From contig NIVC01000407.1 of NCBI GenBank assembly GCA_002269645.1, forward strand, positions 1-36,059: a stretch of 36,059 nucleotides of DNA, read 5' to 3'. The position numbers were made by a program, and so were the translations under genes. The notes beneath the pieces are model-generated. The model did no database searches. It saw only the letters and a list, made by a program, of their open reading frames with translations, and was not told the origin of the DNA. This document shows, one piece after another, positions 23,983 through 34,949 of this stretch. The stretch is from Macrostomum lignano (taxonomy: Eukaryota). Each line of letters starts with the position of its first letter. The stretch's first letter is position 1.

Positions 23983-24648
23983 CCAGCTGAGAAAGGCAGA
24001 CAGCCCAGCTGAGAGGCAGACAGCCCAGCTGAGAGGCAGACAGCCCAGCTGAGAGAGGCAGACAGCCCAGCTGAGAGAGGCAGACAGCCCAGCTGAGAGA
24101 GGCAGACAGCCCAGCTGAGAGAGGCAGACAGCCCAGCTGAGAGAGGCAGACAGCCCAGCTGAGAGAGGCAGACAGCCCAGCTGAGAGAGGCAGACAGCCC
24201 AGCTGAGAGAGGCAGACAGCCCAGCTGAGAGAGGCAGACAGCCCAGCTGAGAGAGGCAGACAGCCCAGCTGAGAGAGGCAGACAGCCTAGCTGAGAGAGG
24301 CAGACAGCCCAGCTGAGAGAGGCAGACAGCCTAGCTGAGAGAGGCAGACAGCCCAGCTGAGAGAGGCAGACAGCCCAGCTGAGAGAGGCAGACAGCCCAG
24401 CTGAGAGAGGCAGACAGCCCAGCAGAGAGGCAGACAGCCCAGCAGAGAGGCAGACAGCCCAGCTGAGAGAGGCAGACAGCCCAGCTGAGAGAGGCAGACA
24501 GCCCAGCTGAGAGAGGCAGACAGCCCAGCTGAGAGAGGCAGACAGCCCAGCTGAGAGAGGCAGACAGCCCAGCTGAGAGAGGCAGACAGCCCAGCTGAGA
24601 GAGGCAGACAGCCCAGCTGAGAGAGGCAGACAGCCCAGAGGCAGACAG
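23983..24648. repeat. 22-bp minisatellite (AGACAGCCCAGCTGAGAGAGGC), about 30 copies, abutting the Tob start codon
   Basis: Direct reading. Confidence 0.96.
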
Positions 24649-24653
24649 CGAGG

Positions 24654-25401
24654 ATGCACAGAGAGGTGTCAGCAGCGGTGGATTTCATTGCATCCCTGCT
24701 GTACCACCGCCTGCCACGCCGCCGAGTGGTGCATCTGTGCGAGCAGCTTCGCCAGGACATGCTGACTCATCAGTTTTCGCTGTCGGAAATGAGCGGCCTG
24801 CAAATCGAGGGCCCCCGAGACCCCCTGCTGATGCGGGCAGCTCAGCAGGCGGGGCTGCAGCCGATGGAGGTGGCGCGCCAGCTGCCGCAGGATCTGGCGC
24901 TGTGGATTCAGCCAGGCCGGGTGGCCGTCAGGATTGACAAAAACGGTGAGGGAAATTCTGCTTGGCTGGTCTCAACATCTCATGAAATATGCGTGACATC
25001 CTATTGGGCAGAATTGGCGTCAGCGCTGGTTGTGGGACCATGTCGCCGAAGGCGTTCCGCCAAGATGCCCGCAACTACAGCTTGATATATGGCAGATTTT
25101 AAATGTGCACTACTTTTAAGTAGCACAACAGGAACCTGTTGATCTTTTTTCAAGAGGATAGTTAAGAGACACGAACAACTTCTACGCGACAGATCACGCG
25201 ACGCTGCTGAACTCTGACTCCGACACCGCCGACAATCTGCCGCAGGCGCGGTGGCGTGCAGCAACAGGATCTACTTCGTCCTACTTCACGGCCGAGGAGT
25301 TCGCGCGAACCAAGTTCGGCAGTACTAAGCTGCGCCAAGAGCGACGCCAAGGTCGGGGCGGCGGCGGCTGTGGCGGCAATGGCAGCGAGGGCCAATTTTA
25401 A
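24654..25401 (+). CDS. Tob: Divergent Tob/BTG antiproliferative-family protein; exons 24654-24945 and (25169 or 25193)-25401
   Basis: MHREVSAAVDFIASLLYHRLPRRRV and LPQDLALWIQPGRVAVRI match the Tob N-terminus and Box B. Donor AACG|GTGAGG at 24945 (phase 1). The downstream exon encodes FTAEEFARTKFGSTKLR, the Tob-specific TKFGSTK motif; TAA at 25399-25401. The ORF-track C-terminus (to 25085) is probably intron read-through. Confidence 0.8.
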
Positions 25402-25666
25402 AACTCAATGCATTGGATACACCCTCCTGTTTGAGCGAAGCACTGTTTGAAAGTATAAGTAAAACACTTTTAGAGGATATTCCTCCGTTTGGTGTAAAAT
25501 GTTTCATACATCCTTCATTGTTTTTACACACCAATTTAAACTCTAAAAGACGATGCTAGCCATACTACTGGCTAATGCAAAATCAGTAGCGTATTTGGTG
25601 GTTAAAATTTGATAAAAAATTATTCGGTGAAAACATACACTGTAGCTGTAAATGCGGCAGACAAGG

Positions 25667-28600
25667 TGGGATAGACACAGTGGGAGAGGGGATAGACACA
25701 CTGGGAGAGGGGATAGACACAGTGGGAGAGGGGATAGACACAGTGGGAGAGGGGATAGACACAGTGGGAGAGGGGATAGACACAGTGGGAGAGGGGATAG
25801 ACACAGTGGGAGAGGGGATAGACACAGTGGGAGAGGGGATAGACACAGTGGGAGAGGGGATAGACACAGTGGGAGAGGGGATAGACACAGTGGGAGAGGG
25901 GATAGACACAGTGGGAGAGGGGATAGACACAGTGGGAGAGGGGATAGACACAGTGGGAGAGGGGATAGACACAGTGGGAGAGGGGATAGACACAGTGGGA
26001 GAGGGGATAGACACAGTGGGAGAGGGGATAGACACAGTGGGAGAGGGGATAGACACAGTGGGAGAGGGGATAGACACAGTGGGAGAGGGGATAGACACAG
26101 TGGGAGAGGGATAGACACAGTGGGAGAGGGATAGACACAGTGGGAGAGGGGATAGACACAGTGGGAGAGGGGATAGACACAGTGGGAGAGGGGATAGACA
26201 CAGTGGGAGAGGGGATAGACACAGTGGGAGAGGGGATAGACACAGTGGGAGAGGGGATAGACACAGTGGGAGAGGGGATAGACACAGTGGGAGAGGGGAT
26301 AGACACAGTGGGAGAGGGGATAGACACAGTGGGAGAGGGGATAGACACAGTGGGAGAGGGGATAGACACAGTGGGAGAGGGGATAGACACAGTGGGAGAG
26401 GGGATAGACACAGTGGGAGAGGGGATAGACACAGTGGGAGAGGGGATAGACACAGTGGGAGAGGGGATAGACACAGTGGGAGAGGGGATAGACACAGTGG
26501 GAGAGGGGATAGACACAGTGGGAGAGGGGATAGACACAGTGGGAGAGGGGATAGACACAGTGGGAGAGGGGATAGACACAGTGGGAGAGGGGATAGACAC
26601 AGTGGGAGAGGGATAGACACAGTGGGAGAGGGGATAGACACAGTGGGAGAGGGGATAGACACAGTGGGAGAGGGGATAGACACAGTGGGAGAGGGGATAG
26701 ACACAGTGGGAGAGGGGATAGACACAGTGGGAGAGGGGATAGACACAGTGGGAGAGGGGATAGACACAGTGGGAGAGGGGATAGACACAGTGGGAGAGGG
26801 GATAGACACAGTGGGAGAGGGGATAGACACAGTGGGAGAGGGGATAGACACAGTGGGAGAGGGGATAGACACAGTGGGAGAGGGGATAGACACAGTGGGA
26901 GAGGGGATAGACACAGTGGGAGAGGGGATAGACACAGTGGGAGAGGGGATAGACACAGTGGGAGAGGGGATAGACACAGTGGGAGAGGGGATAGACACAG
27001 TGGGAGAGGGGATAGACACAGTGGGAGAGGGGATAGACACAGTGGGAGAGGGGATAGACACAGTGGGAGAGGGGATAGACACAGTGGGAGAGGGGATAGA
27101 CACAGTGGGAGAGGGGATAGACACAGTGGGAGAGGGGATAGACACAGTGGGAGAGGGATAGACACAGTGGGAGAGGGGATAGACACAGTGGGAGAGGGGA
27201 TAGACACAGTGGGAGAGGGGATAGACACAGTGGGAGAGGGGATAGACACAGTGGGAGAGGGGATAGACACAGTGGGAGAGGGGATAGACACAGTGGGAGA
27301 GGGGATAGACACAGTGGGAGAGGGGATAGACACAGTGGGAGAGGGGATAGACACAGTGGGAGAGGGGATAGACACAGTGGGAGAGGGGATAGACACAGTG
27401 GGAGAGGGGATAGACACAGTGGGAGAGGGGATAGACACAGTGGGAGAGGGGATAGACACAGTGGGAGAGGGGATAGACACAGTGGGAGAGGGATAGACAC
27501 AGTGGGAGAGGGGATAGACACAGTGGGAGAGGGGATAGACACAGTGGGAGAGGGGATAGACACAGTGGGAGAGGGGATAGACACAGTGGGAGAGGGGATA
27601 GACACAGTGGGAGAGGGATAGACACAGTGGGAGAGGGGATAGACACACTGGGAGAGGGGATAGACACAGTGGGAGAGGGGATAGACACAGTGGGAGAGGG
27701 GATAGACACAGTGGGAGAGGGGATAGACACAGTGGGAGAGGGGATAGACACAGTGGGAGAGGGGATAGACACAGTGGGAGAGGGGATAGACACAGTGGGA
27801 GAGGGGATAGACACAGTGGGAGAGGGGATAGACACAGTGGGAGAGGGATAGACACAGTGGGAGAGGGGATAGACACAGTGGGAGAGGGATAGACACAGTG
27901 GGAGAGGGGATAGACACAGTGGGAGAGGGGATAGACACAGTGGGAGAGGGGATAGACACAGTGGGAGAGGGGATAGACACAGTGGGAGAGGGGATAGACA
28001 CAGTGGGAGAGGGGATAGACACAGTGGGAGAGGGGATAGACACAGTGGGAGAGGGGATAGACACAGTGGGAGAGGGGATAGACACAGTGGGAGAGGGATA
28101 GACACAGTGGGAGAGGGGATAGACACAGTGGGAGAGAGGATAGACACAGTGGGAGAGGGGATAGACACAGTGGGAGAGGGGATAGACACAGTGGGAGAGG
28201 GGATAGACACAGTGGGAGAGGGGATAGACACAGTGGGAGAGGGGATAGACACAGTGGGAGAGGGGATAGACACAGTGGGAGAGGGGATAGACACAGTGGG
28301 AGAGGGGATAGACACAGTGGGAGAGGGGATAGACACAGTGGGAGAGGGGATAGACACAGTGGGAGAGGGGATAGACACAGTGGGAGAGGGGATAGACACA
28401 GTGGGAGAGGGATAGACACAGTGGGAGAGGGGATAGACACAGTGGGAGAGGGGATAGACACAGTGGGAGAGGGGATAGACACAGTGGGAGAGGGGATAGA
28501 CACAGTGGGAGAGGGGATAGACACAGTGGGAGAGGGGATAGACACAGTGGGAGAGGGGATAGACACAGTGGGAGAGGGGATAGACACAGTGGGAGAGGGG

Positions 28601-31600
28601 ATAGACACAGTGGGAGAGGGGATAGACACAGTGGGAGAGGGGATAGACACAGTGGGAGAGGGGATAGCACAGTGGGAGAGGGGATAGACACAGTGGGAGA
28701 GGGGATAGCACAGTGGGAGAGGGGATAGACACAGTGGGAGAGGGGATAGACACAGTGGGAGAGGGGATAGACACAGTGGGAGAGGGGATAGACACAGTGG
28801 GAGAGGGGATAGACACAGTGGGAGAGGGGATAGACACAGTGGGAGAGGGGATAGACACAGTGGGAGAGGGGATAGACACAGTGGGAGAGGGGATAGACAC
28901 AGTGGGAGAGGGGATAGACACAGTGGGAGAGGGGATAGACACAGTGGGAGAGGGGATAGACACAGTGGGAGAGGGGATAGACACAGTGGGAGAGGGGATA
29001 GACACAGTGGGAGAGAGGATAGACACAGTGGGAGAGGGGATAGACACAGTGGGAGAGAGGATAGACACAGTGGGAGAGGGGATAGACACAGTGGGAGAGG
29101 GGATAGACACAGTGGGAGAGGGGATAGACACAGTGGGAGAGGGGATAGACACAGTGGGAGAGGGGATAGACACAGTGGGAGAGGGGATAGACACAGTGGG
29201 AGAGGGGATAGACACAGTGGGAGAGGGGATAGACACAGTGGGAGAGGGGATAGACACAGTGGGAGAGGGGATAGACACAGTGGGAGAGGGGATAGACACA
29301 GTGGGAGAGGGGATAGACACAGTGGGAGAGGGGATAGACACAGTGGGAGAGGGGATAGACACAGTGGGAGAGGGGATAGACACAGTGGGAGAGGGGATAG
29401 ACACAGTGGGAGAGGGGATAGACACAGTGAGAGAGGGGATAGACACAGTGGGAGAGGGGATAGACACAGTGGGAGAGGGGATAGACACAGTGGGAGAGGG
29501 GATAGGCACAGTGGGAGAGGGGATAGACACAGTGGGAGAGGGGATAGACACAGTGGGAGAGGGGATAGACACAGTGGGAGAGGGGATAGACACAGTGGGA
29601 GAGGGGATAGACACAGTGGGAGAGGGGATAGACACAGTGGGAGAGGGGATAGACACAGTGGGAGAGGGGATAGACACAGTGGGAGAGGGGATAGACACAG
29701 TGGGAGAGGGGATAGACACAGTGGGAGAGGGGATAGACACAGTGGGAGAGGGGATAGACACAGTGGGAGAGGGGATAGACACAGTGGGAGAGGGGATAGA
29801 CACAGTGGGAGAGGGGATAGACACAGTAGGAGAGGGGATAGACACAGTGGGAGAGGGGATAGACACAGTGGGAGAGGGGATAGACACAGTGGGAGAGGGG
29901 ATAGACACAGTGGAAGAGGGGATAGGCACAGTGGGAGAGGGGATAGACACAGTGGGAGAGGGGATAGACACAGTGGGAGAGGGGATAGACACAGTGGGAG
30001 AGGGGATAGACACAGTGGGAGAGGGGATAGACACAGTGGGAGAGGGGATAGACACAGTGGGAGAGGGGATAGACACAGTGGGAGAGGGGATAGACACAGT
30101 GGGAGAGGGGATAGACACAGTGGGAGAGGGGATAGACACAGTGGGAGAGGGGATAGGCACAGTGGGAGAGGGGATAGGCACAGTGGGAGAGGGGATAGAC
30201 ACAGTGGGAGAGGGGATAGACACAGTGGGAGAGGGGATAGACACAGTGGGAGAGGGGATAGACACAGTGGGAGAGGGGATAGACACAGTGGGAGAGGGGA
30301 TAGACACAGTGGGAGAGGGGATAGACACAGTGGGAGGGGGATAGACACAGTGGGAGAGGGGATAGACACACTGGGAGAGGGGATAGACACAGTGGGAGAG
30401 GGGATAGACACAGTGGGAGAGGGGATAGACACAGTGGGAGAGGGGATAGACACAGTGGGAGAGGGGATAGACACAGTGGGAGAGGGGATGGACACAGTGG
30501 GAGAGGGGATAGACACACTGGGAGAGGGGATAGACACAGTGGGAGAGGGGATAGACACAGTGGGAGAGGGGATAGACACAGTGGGAGAGGGGATAGACAC
30601 AGTGGGAGAGGGGATAGACACAGTGGGAGAGGGGATAGACACAGTGGGAGAGGAGATAGACACAGTGGGAGAGGGGATAGACACAGTGGGAGAGGGGATA
30701 GACACAGTGGGAGAGGGGATAGACACACTGGGAGAGGGGATAGACACAGTGGGAGAGGGGATAGACACAGTGGGAGAGGGGATAGACACAGTGGGAGAGG
30801 GGATAGACACACTGGGAGAGGGGATAGACACAGTGGGAGAGGGGATAGACACACTGGGAGAGGGGATAGACACAGTGGGAGAGGGGATAGACACAGTGGG
30901 AGAGGGGATAGACACAGTGGGAGAGGGGATAGACACAGTGGGAGAGGGGATAGACACAGTGGGAGAGGGGATAGACACAGTGGGAGAGGAGATAGACACA
31001 GTGGGAGAGGGGATAGACACAGTGGGAGAGGGGATAGACACAGTGGGAGAGGGGATAGACACAGTGGGAGAGGGGATAGACACAGTGGGAGAGGGGATAG
31101 ACACAGTGGGAGAGGGGATAGACACAGTGGGAGAGGGGATAGACACAGTGGGAGAGGAGATAGACACAGTGGGAGAGGGGATAGACACAGTGGGAGAGGG
31201 GATAGACACAGTGGGAGAGGGGATAGACACAGTGGGAGAGGGGATAGACACAGTGGGAGAGGGGATAGACACAGTGGGAGAGGGATAGACACAGTGGGAG
31301 AGGGGATAGACACAGTGGGAGAGGGGATAGACACAGTGGGAGAGGGGATAGACACAGTGGGAGAGGGGATAGACACAGTGGGAGAGGGGATAGACACAGT
31401 GAGAGAGGGGATAGACACAGTGGGAGAGAGGATAGACACAGTGGGAGAGGGGATAGACACAGTGGGAGAGGGGATAGACACAGTGGGAGAGGGGATAGAC
31501 ACAGTGGGAGAGGGGATAGACACAGTGGGAGAGGGGATAGACACAGTGGGAGAGGGGATAGACACAGTGGGAGAGGGGATAGACACAGTGGGAGAGGGGA

Positions 31601-31874
31601 TAGACACAGTGGGAGAGGGATAGACACACTGGGAGAGGGGATAGACACAGTGGGAGAGGGGATAGACACAGTGGGAGAGGGGATAGACACAGTGGGAGAG
31701 GGGATAGACACAGTGGGAGGGGGATAGACACAGTGGGAGAGGGGATAGACACACTGGGAGAGGGGATAGACACAGTGGGAGAGGGGATAGACACAGTGGG
31801 AGAGGGGATAGACACAGTGGGAGAGGGGATAGACACAGTGGGAGAGGGGATAGACACAGTGGGAGAGGGGATAG
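25667..31874. repeat. Giant G-rich 21-bp minisatellite (GATAGACACAGTGGGAGAGGG), about 295 copies, 6.2 kb
   Basis: Direct reading. Highly homogeneous, with occasional 20-bp deletion variants and point variants. Confidence 0.99.
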
Positions 31875-32539
31875 GCAAATCAGCATCTTAGGCAAACAGA
31901 AGCCACTGTAGGCACAAAGAAATCACACTGAATTTTCTCACAGTGAACTGTTGCAGAAATCAAGATTAGAAAATGCTGAGAGAAAGCGTTGCAATAGTTA
32001 CAAAGTAAGCCTGGCATTGCTAAACTTGTCTTATATTATGTCATGCAAGCCTGCGTCATGTCAACAGAGGTTATCAAACTTACTTGGTTACTCATACACA
32101 ATTTATGTATGCATAGAGCTGTTAATGCTAAGTTTGACTGTTTATTCAATTATAGACAAGTAATTGGATCTGGTTTGTATAGAATAGCTGGTGTGGAAAT
32201 GGTACGGCAGTTCCAGAATGCAAGCACATGTGTACAGAATAAGGCTATGGCTGCGTTGACGCAACTGGCCTTGAAATGCAATCTTAATGCTCCACCAATA
32301 AACAGGTTGTCGCACTGATAGGGTGTGACAAATTTCCATTTGGAAACTGGTGTATGATATCCAAGTATGTAGAGTGAGATGTTCTGGATCAATGGGTTTC
32401 TTCCTTGATAAGCAGTGCCAATATATACGAAGGCTTTGTGCAATTATATGAGGAAATAAAAAAGATGTATAAGCTATGAAAATGTGAGATGGATTCTTAA
32501 TTAAGAATAGGAGTAGAAAATGTATTAGAAATAGAGTTC

Positions 32540-34030
32540 TGAGGGGATTAGAGATGGGGTGAGAGAGTATTAGAGATGGGGTGAAAGGGGATTAGAGATG
32601 GGGTGGGAGGGGATTAGAGATGGGGTGAGAGGGAAATTAGAGATAGGGGTGAGAGAGTATTTGAGATGGGGTGAAAGGGGGTTAAAGATGGGGTGAGAGA
32701 GTATTAGAGATGGGGTGAAAGGGGATTAGAGATGGGGTGGGAGGGGATTAGAGATGGGGTGGGAGGGGATTAGAGATGGGGTGAGAGGGAAATTAGAGAT
32801 AGGGGTGAGAGAGTATTAGAGATAGGGGTGAGAGGGGATTAGAGATGGGTGAGAGAGTATTAGAGATGGGGTGAAAGGGGATTAGAGATGGGGTGGGAGG
32901 GGATTAGAGATGGGGTGAGAGGGAAATTAGAGATAGGGGTGAGAGAGTATTAGAGATAGGGGTGAAAGGGGATTAGAGATGGGGTGGGAGGGGATTAGAG
33001 ATGGGGTGAGAGGGAAATTAGAGATAGGGGTGAGAGAGTATTAGAGATAGGGGTGAGAGGGGATTAGAGATGGGGTGAGAGAGTATTAGAGATGGGGTGA
33101 AAGGGGATTAGAGATGGGGTGGGAGGGGATTAGAGATGGGGTGAGAGGGAAATTAGAGATAGGGGTGAGAGAGTATTAGAGATAGGGGTGAGAGGGGATT
33201 AGAGATGGGGTGGGAGGGATTAGAGATGGGGTGAGAGGGAAATTAGAGATAGGGGTGAGAGAGTATTTGAGATGGGGTGAAAGGGGATTAAAGATGGGGT
33301 GAGAGAGTATTAGAGATGGGGTGAAAGGGGATTAGAGATGGGGTGGGAGGGGATTAGAGATGGGGTGAAAGGGGATTAGAGATGGGGTGGGAGGGGATTA
33401 GAGATGGGGTGAGAGGGAAATTAGAGATAGGGGTGAGAGAGTATTAGAGATAGGGGTGAGAGGGGATTAGAGATGGGGTGGGAGGGGATTAGAGATGGGG
33501 TGAGAGGGAAATTAGAGATAGGGGTGAGAGAGTATTTGAGATGGGGTGAAAGGGGATTAAAGATGGGGTGAGAGAGTATTAGAGATGGGGTGAAAGGGGA
33601 TTAGAGATGGGTGGGAGGGGATTAGAGATTGGGTGAAAGGGGATTAGAGATGGGATGAGAGAGTATTAGAGATGGGGTGAAAGGGATTAGAGATGGGGTG
33701 AGAGAGTATTTGAGATGGGGTGAAAGGGGATTAGAGATGGGGTGGGAGGGGATTAGAGATGGGGTGAGAGGGAAATTAGAGATAGGGTGAGAGGGTATTA
33801 GAGATGGGGTTAGAGGGGAATTCGAGATGGGGTGAGAGGGGAAATAGAGATGGGGATGAGAGGGAATTAAAGATAGAGGTGAGAGGGGATTAGAGATGGG
33901 GTGAGAGGGGAATTAGAGATGGGGTGAGAGGGGAATTAGAGATGGGGTGAGAGGGGAATTAGAGATGAGGGTGAGAGGGGAATTAGAGATGGGGTGAGAG
34001 GGGAATTAGAGATGAGGGTGAGAGGGATAT
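32540..34030. repeat. G-rich 20-21-bp satellite (ATTAGAGATGGGGTGAGAGGGG family) with higher-order structure
   Basis: Recurring ordered variants (...GAGAGTATTA / ...AAAGGGGATTA / ...GGAGGGGATTA / ...GAGGGAAATTA). Confidence 0.95.
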
Positions 34031-34949
34031 TAATGATAAGGTGAAAAGGGTATCTAACATAAAGGTCAGATGGATACAAGGCATGCCTATACCAGCACAG
34101 ACTATATGCAACAGTCCGTGGATTTTAACCAAAGATATACATGTAGTGACTAATCCTAAGTAGTCCCTCTATAGGAGATTTAGAGATATTTCAGCACCAT
34201 ATTATAATACATCAGAGAAGCCCCAGGTGCATAACGGGACTCGGGAGAGATTTTCTTACTCGTAGATTAGAGCCAGGTAAACAGCCCGACTCAAAAGAGA
34301 TCAAAGTAGCTACAGAAACGAGGCAAAAGTCGCGCGTCCTCCAGAGTCCTGGACGAGTCTTTTATATCCATGTTGTTAACTCAATCGAGCATGCAATGGT
34401 GGGTTCAGCACGCCTGTGTTGCATGAGACAGACCAGGCCTACGAGCTAAGGTCTGCGATCCTACACACGTGCAGCCCTCTATTCTGGTGCAGGAATGGCA
34501 GGAGAACTCTCTCCAAGCTGACTCGCAAGCCGACCCAGGGGTTCACGCCCCGCATGTGTTCAAGGCAGCTCTAGGGCTGCTGGACTGACTGGGCTCCGGC
34601 GGCGGCAACCCATCCGTGGCCTTTTGGCCAAGTTGGGTACGGGCTCGCGCCCGGAAGTGAACCTGTGCGTATCAGGTACCTCTGGCCACGGCTCTGAGGA
34701 ACAGGTATCACCTCTGACCTTAACAGGGTATGCGGCCAGTCCGCAGGCTCCGGAGGCAGTCCTCCTGCTTCCCTCAAGGCACAGTGCCAAGCCACCTCGC
34801 TACCTCTTGGCCTGGCTGTTGGGTTTGGGGTTACGGCCCAGCAGCTTCTCACCTCTGGTCCCATTCGCCTTTCAGCGACTCATTGAGTATCATTTACATC
34901 CAACACGTCCGAGGCTGCTGGAGCACCAACCGAGTTGGTACGCGCGGCC

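Noticed and set aside
24735-24775. Hammerhead-like CTGATGA-GTCAG...CTGGC-GAAG on the minus strand of Tob exon 1
   Set aside because: GAAG instead of GAAA, and no stem I/III partner or cleavage triplet found; it lies in coding sequence, so chance is likely.
24946-25085. C-terminal part of ORF 24654..25085
   Set aside because: It lies after a good GTGAG donor, and the conserved Tob motif is in a later exon, so it is treated as intron. An alternative exon from about 25011 cannot be excluded.
25543-31895. Three ORFs of over 2000 aa on the minus strand (mucin-like PSPTVSI) and GEGIDTV ORFs on plus
   Set aside because: They are translations of a 21-bp unit that lacks stops. They switch between the three phase peptides at every 1-bp indel and have no unique domain.
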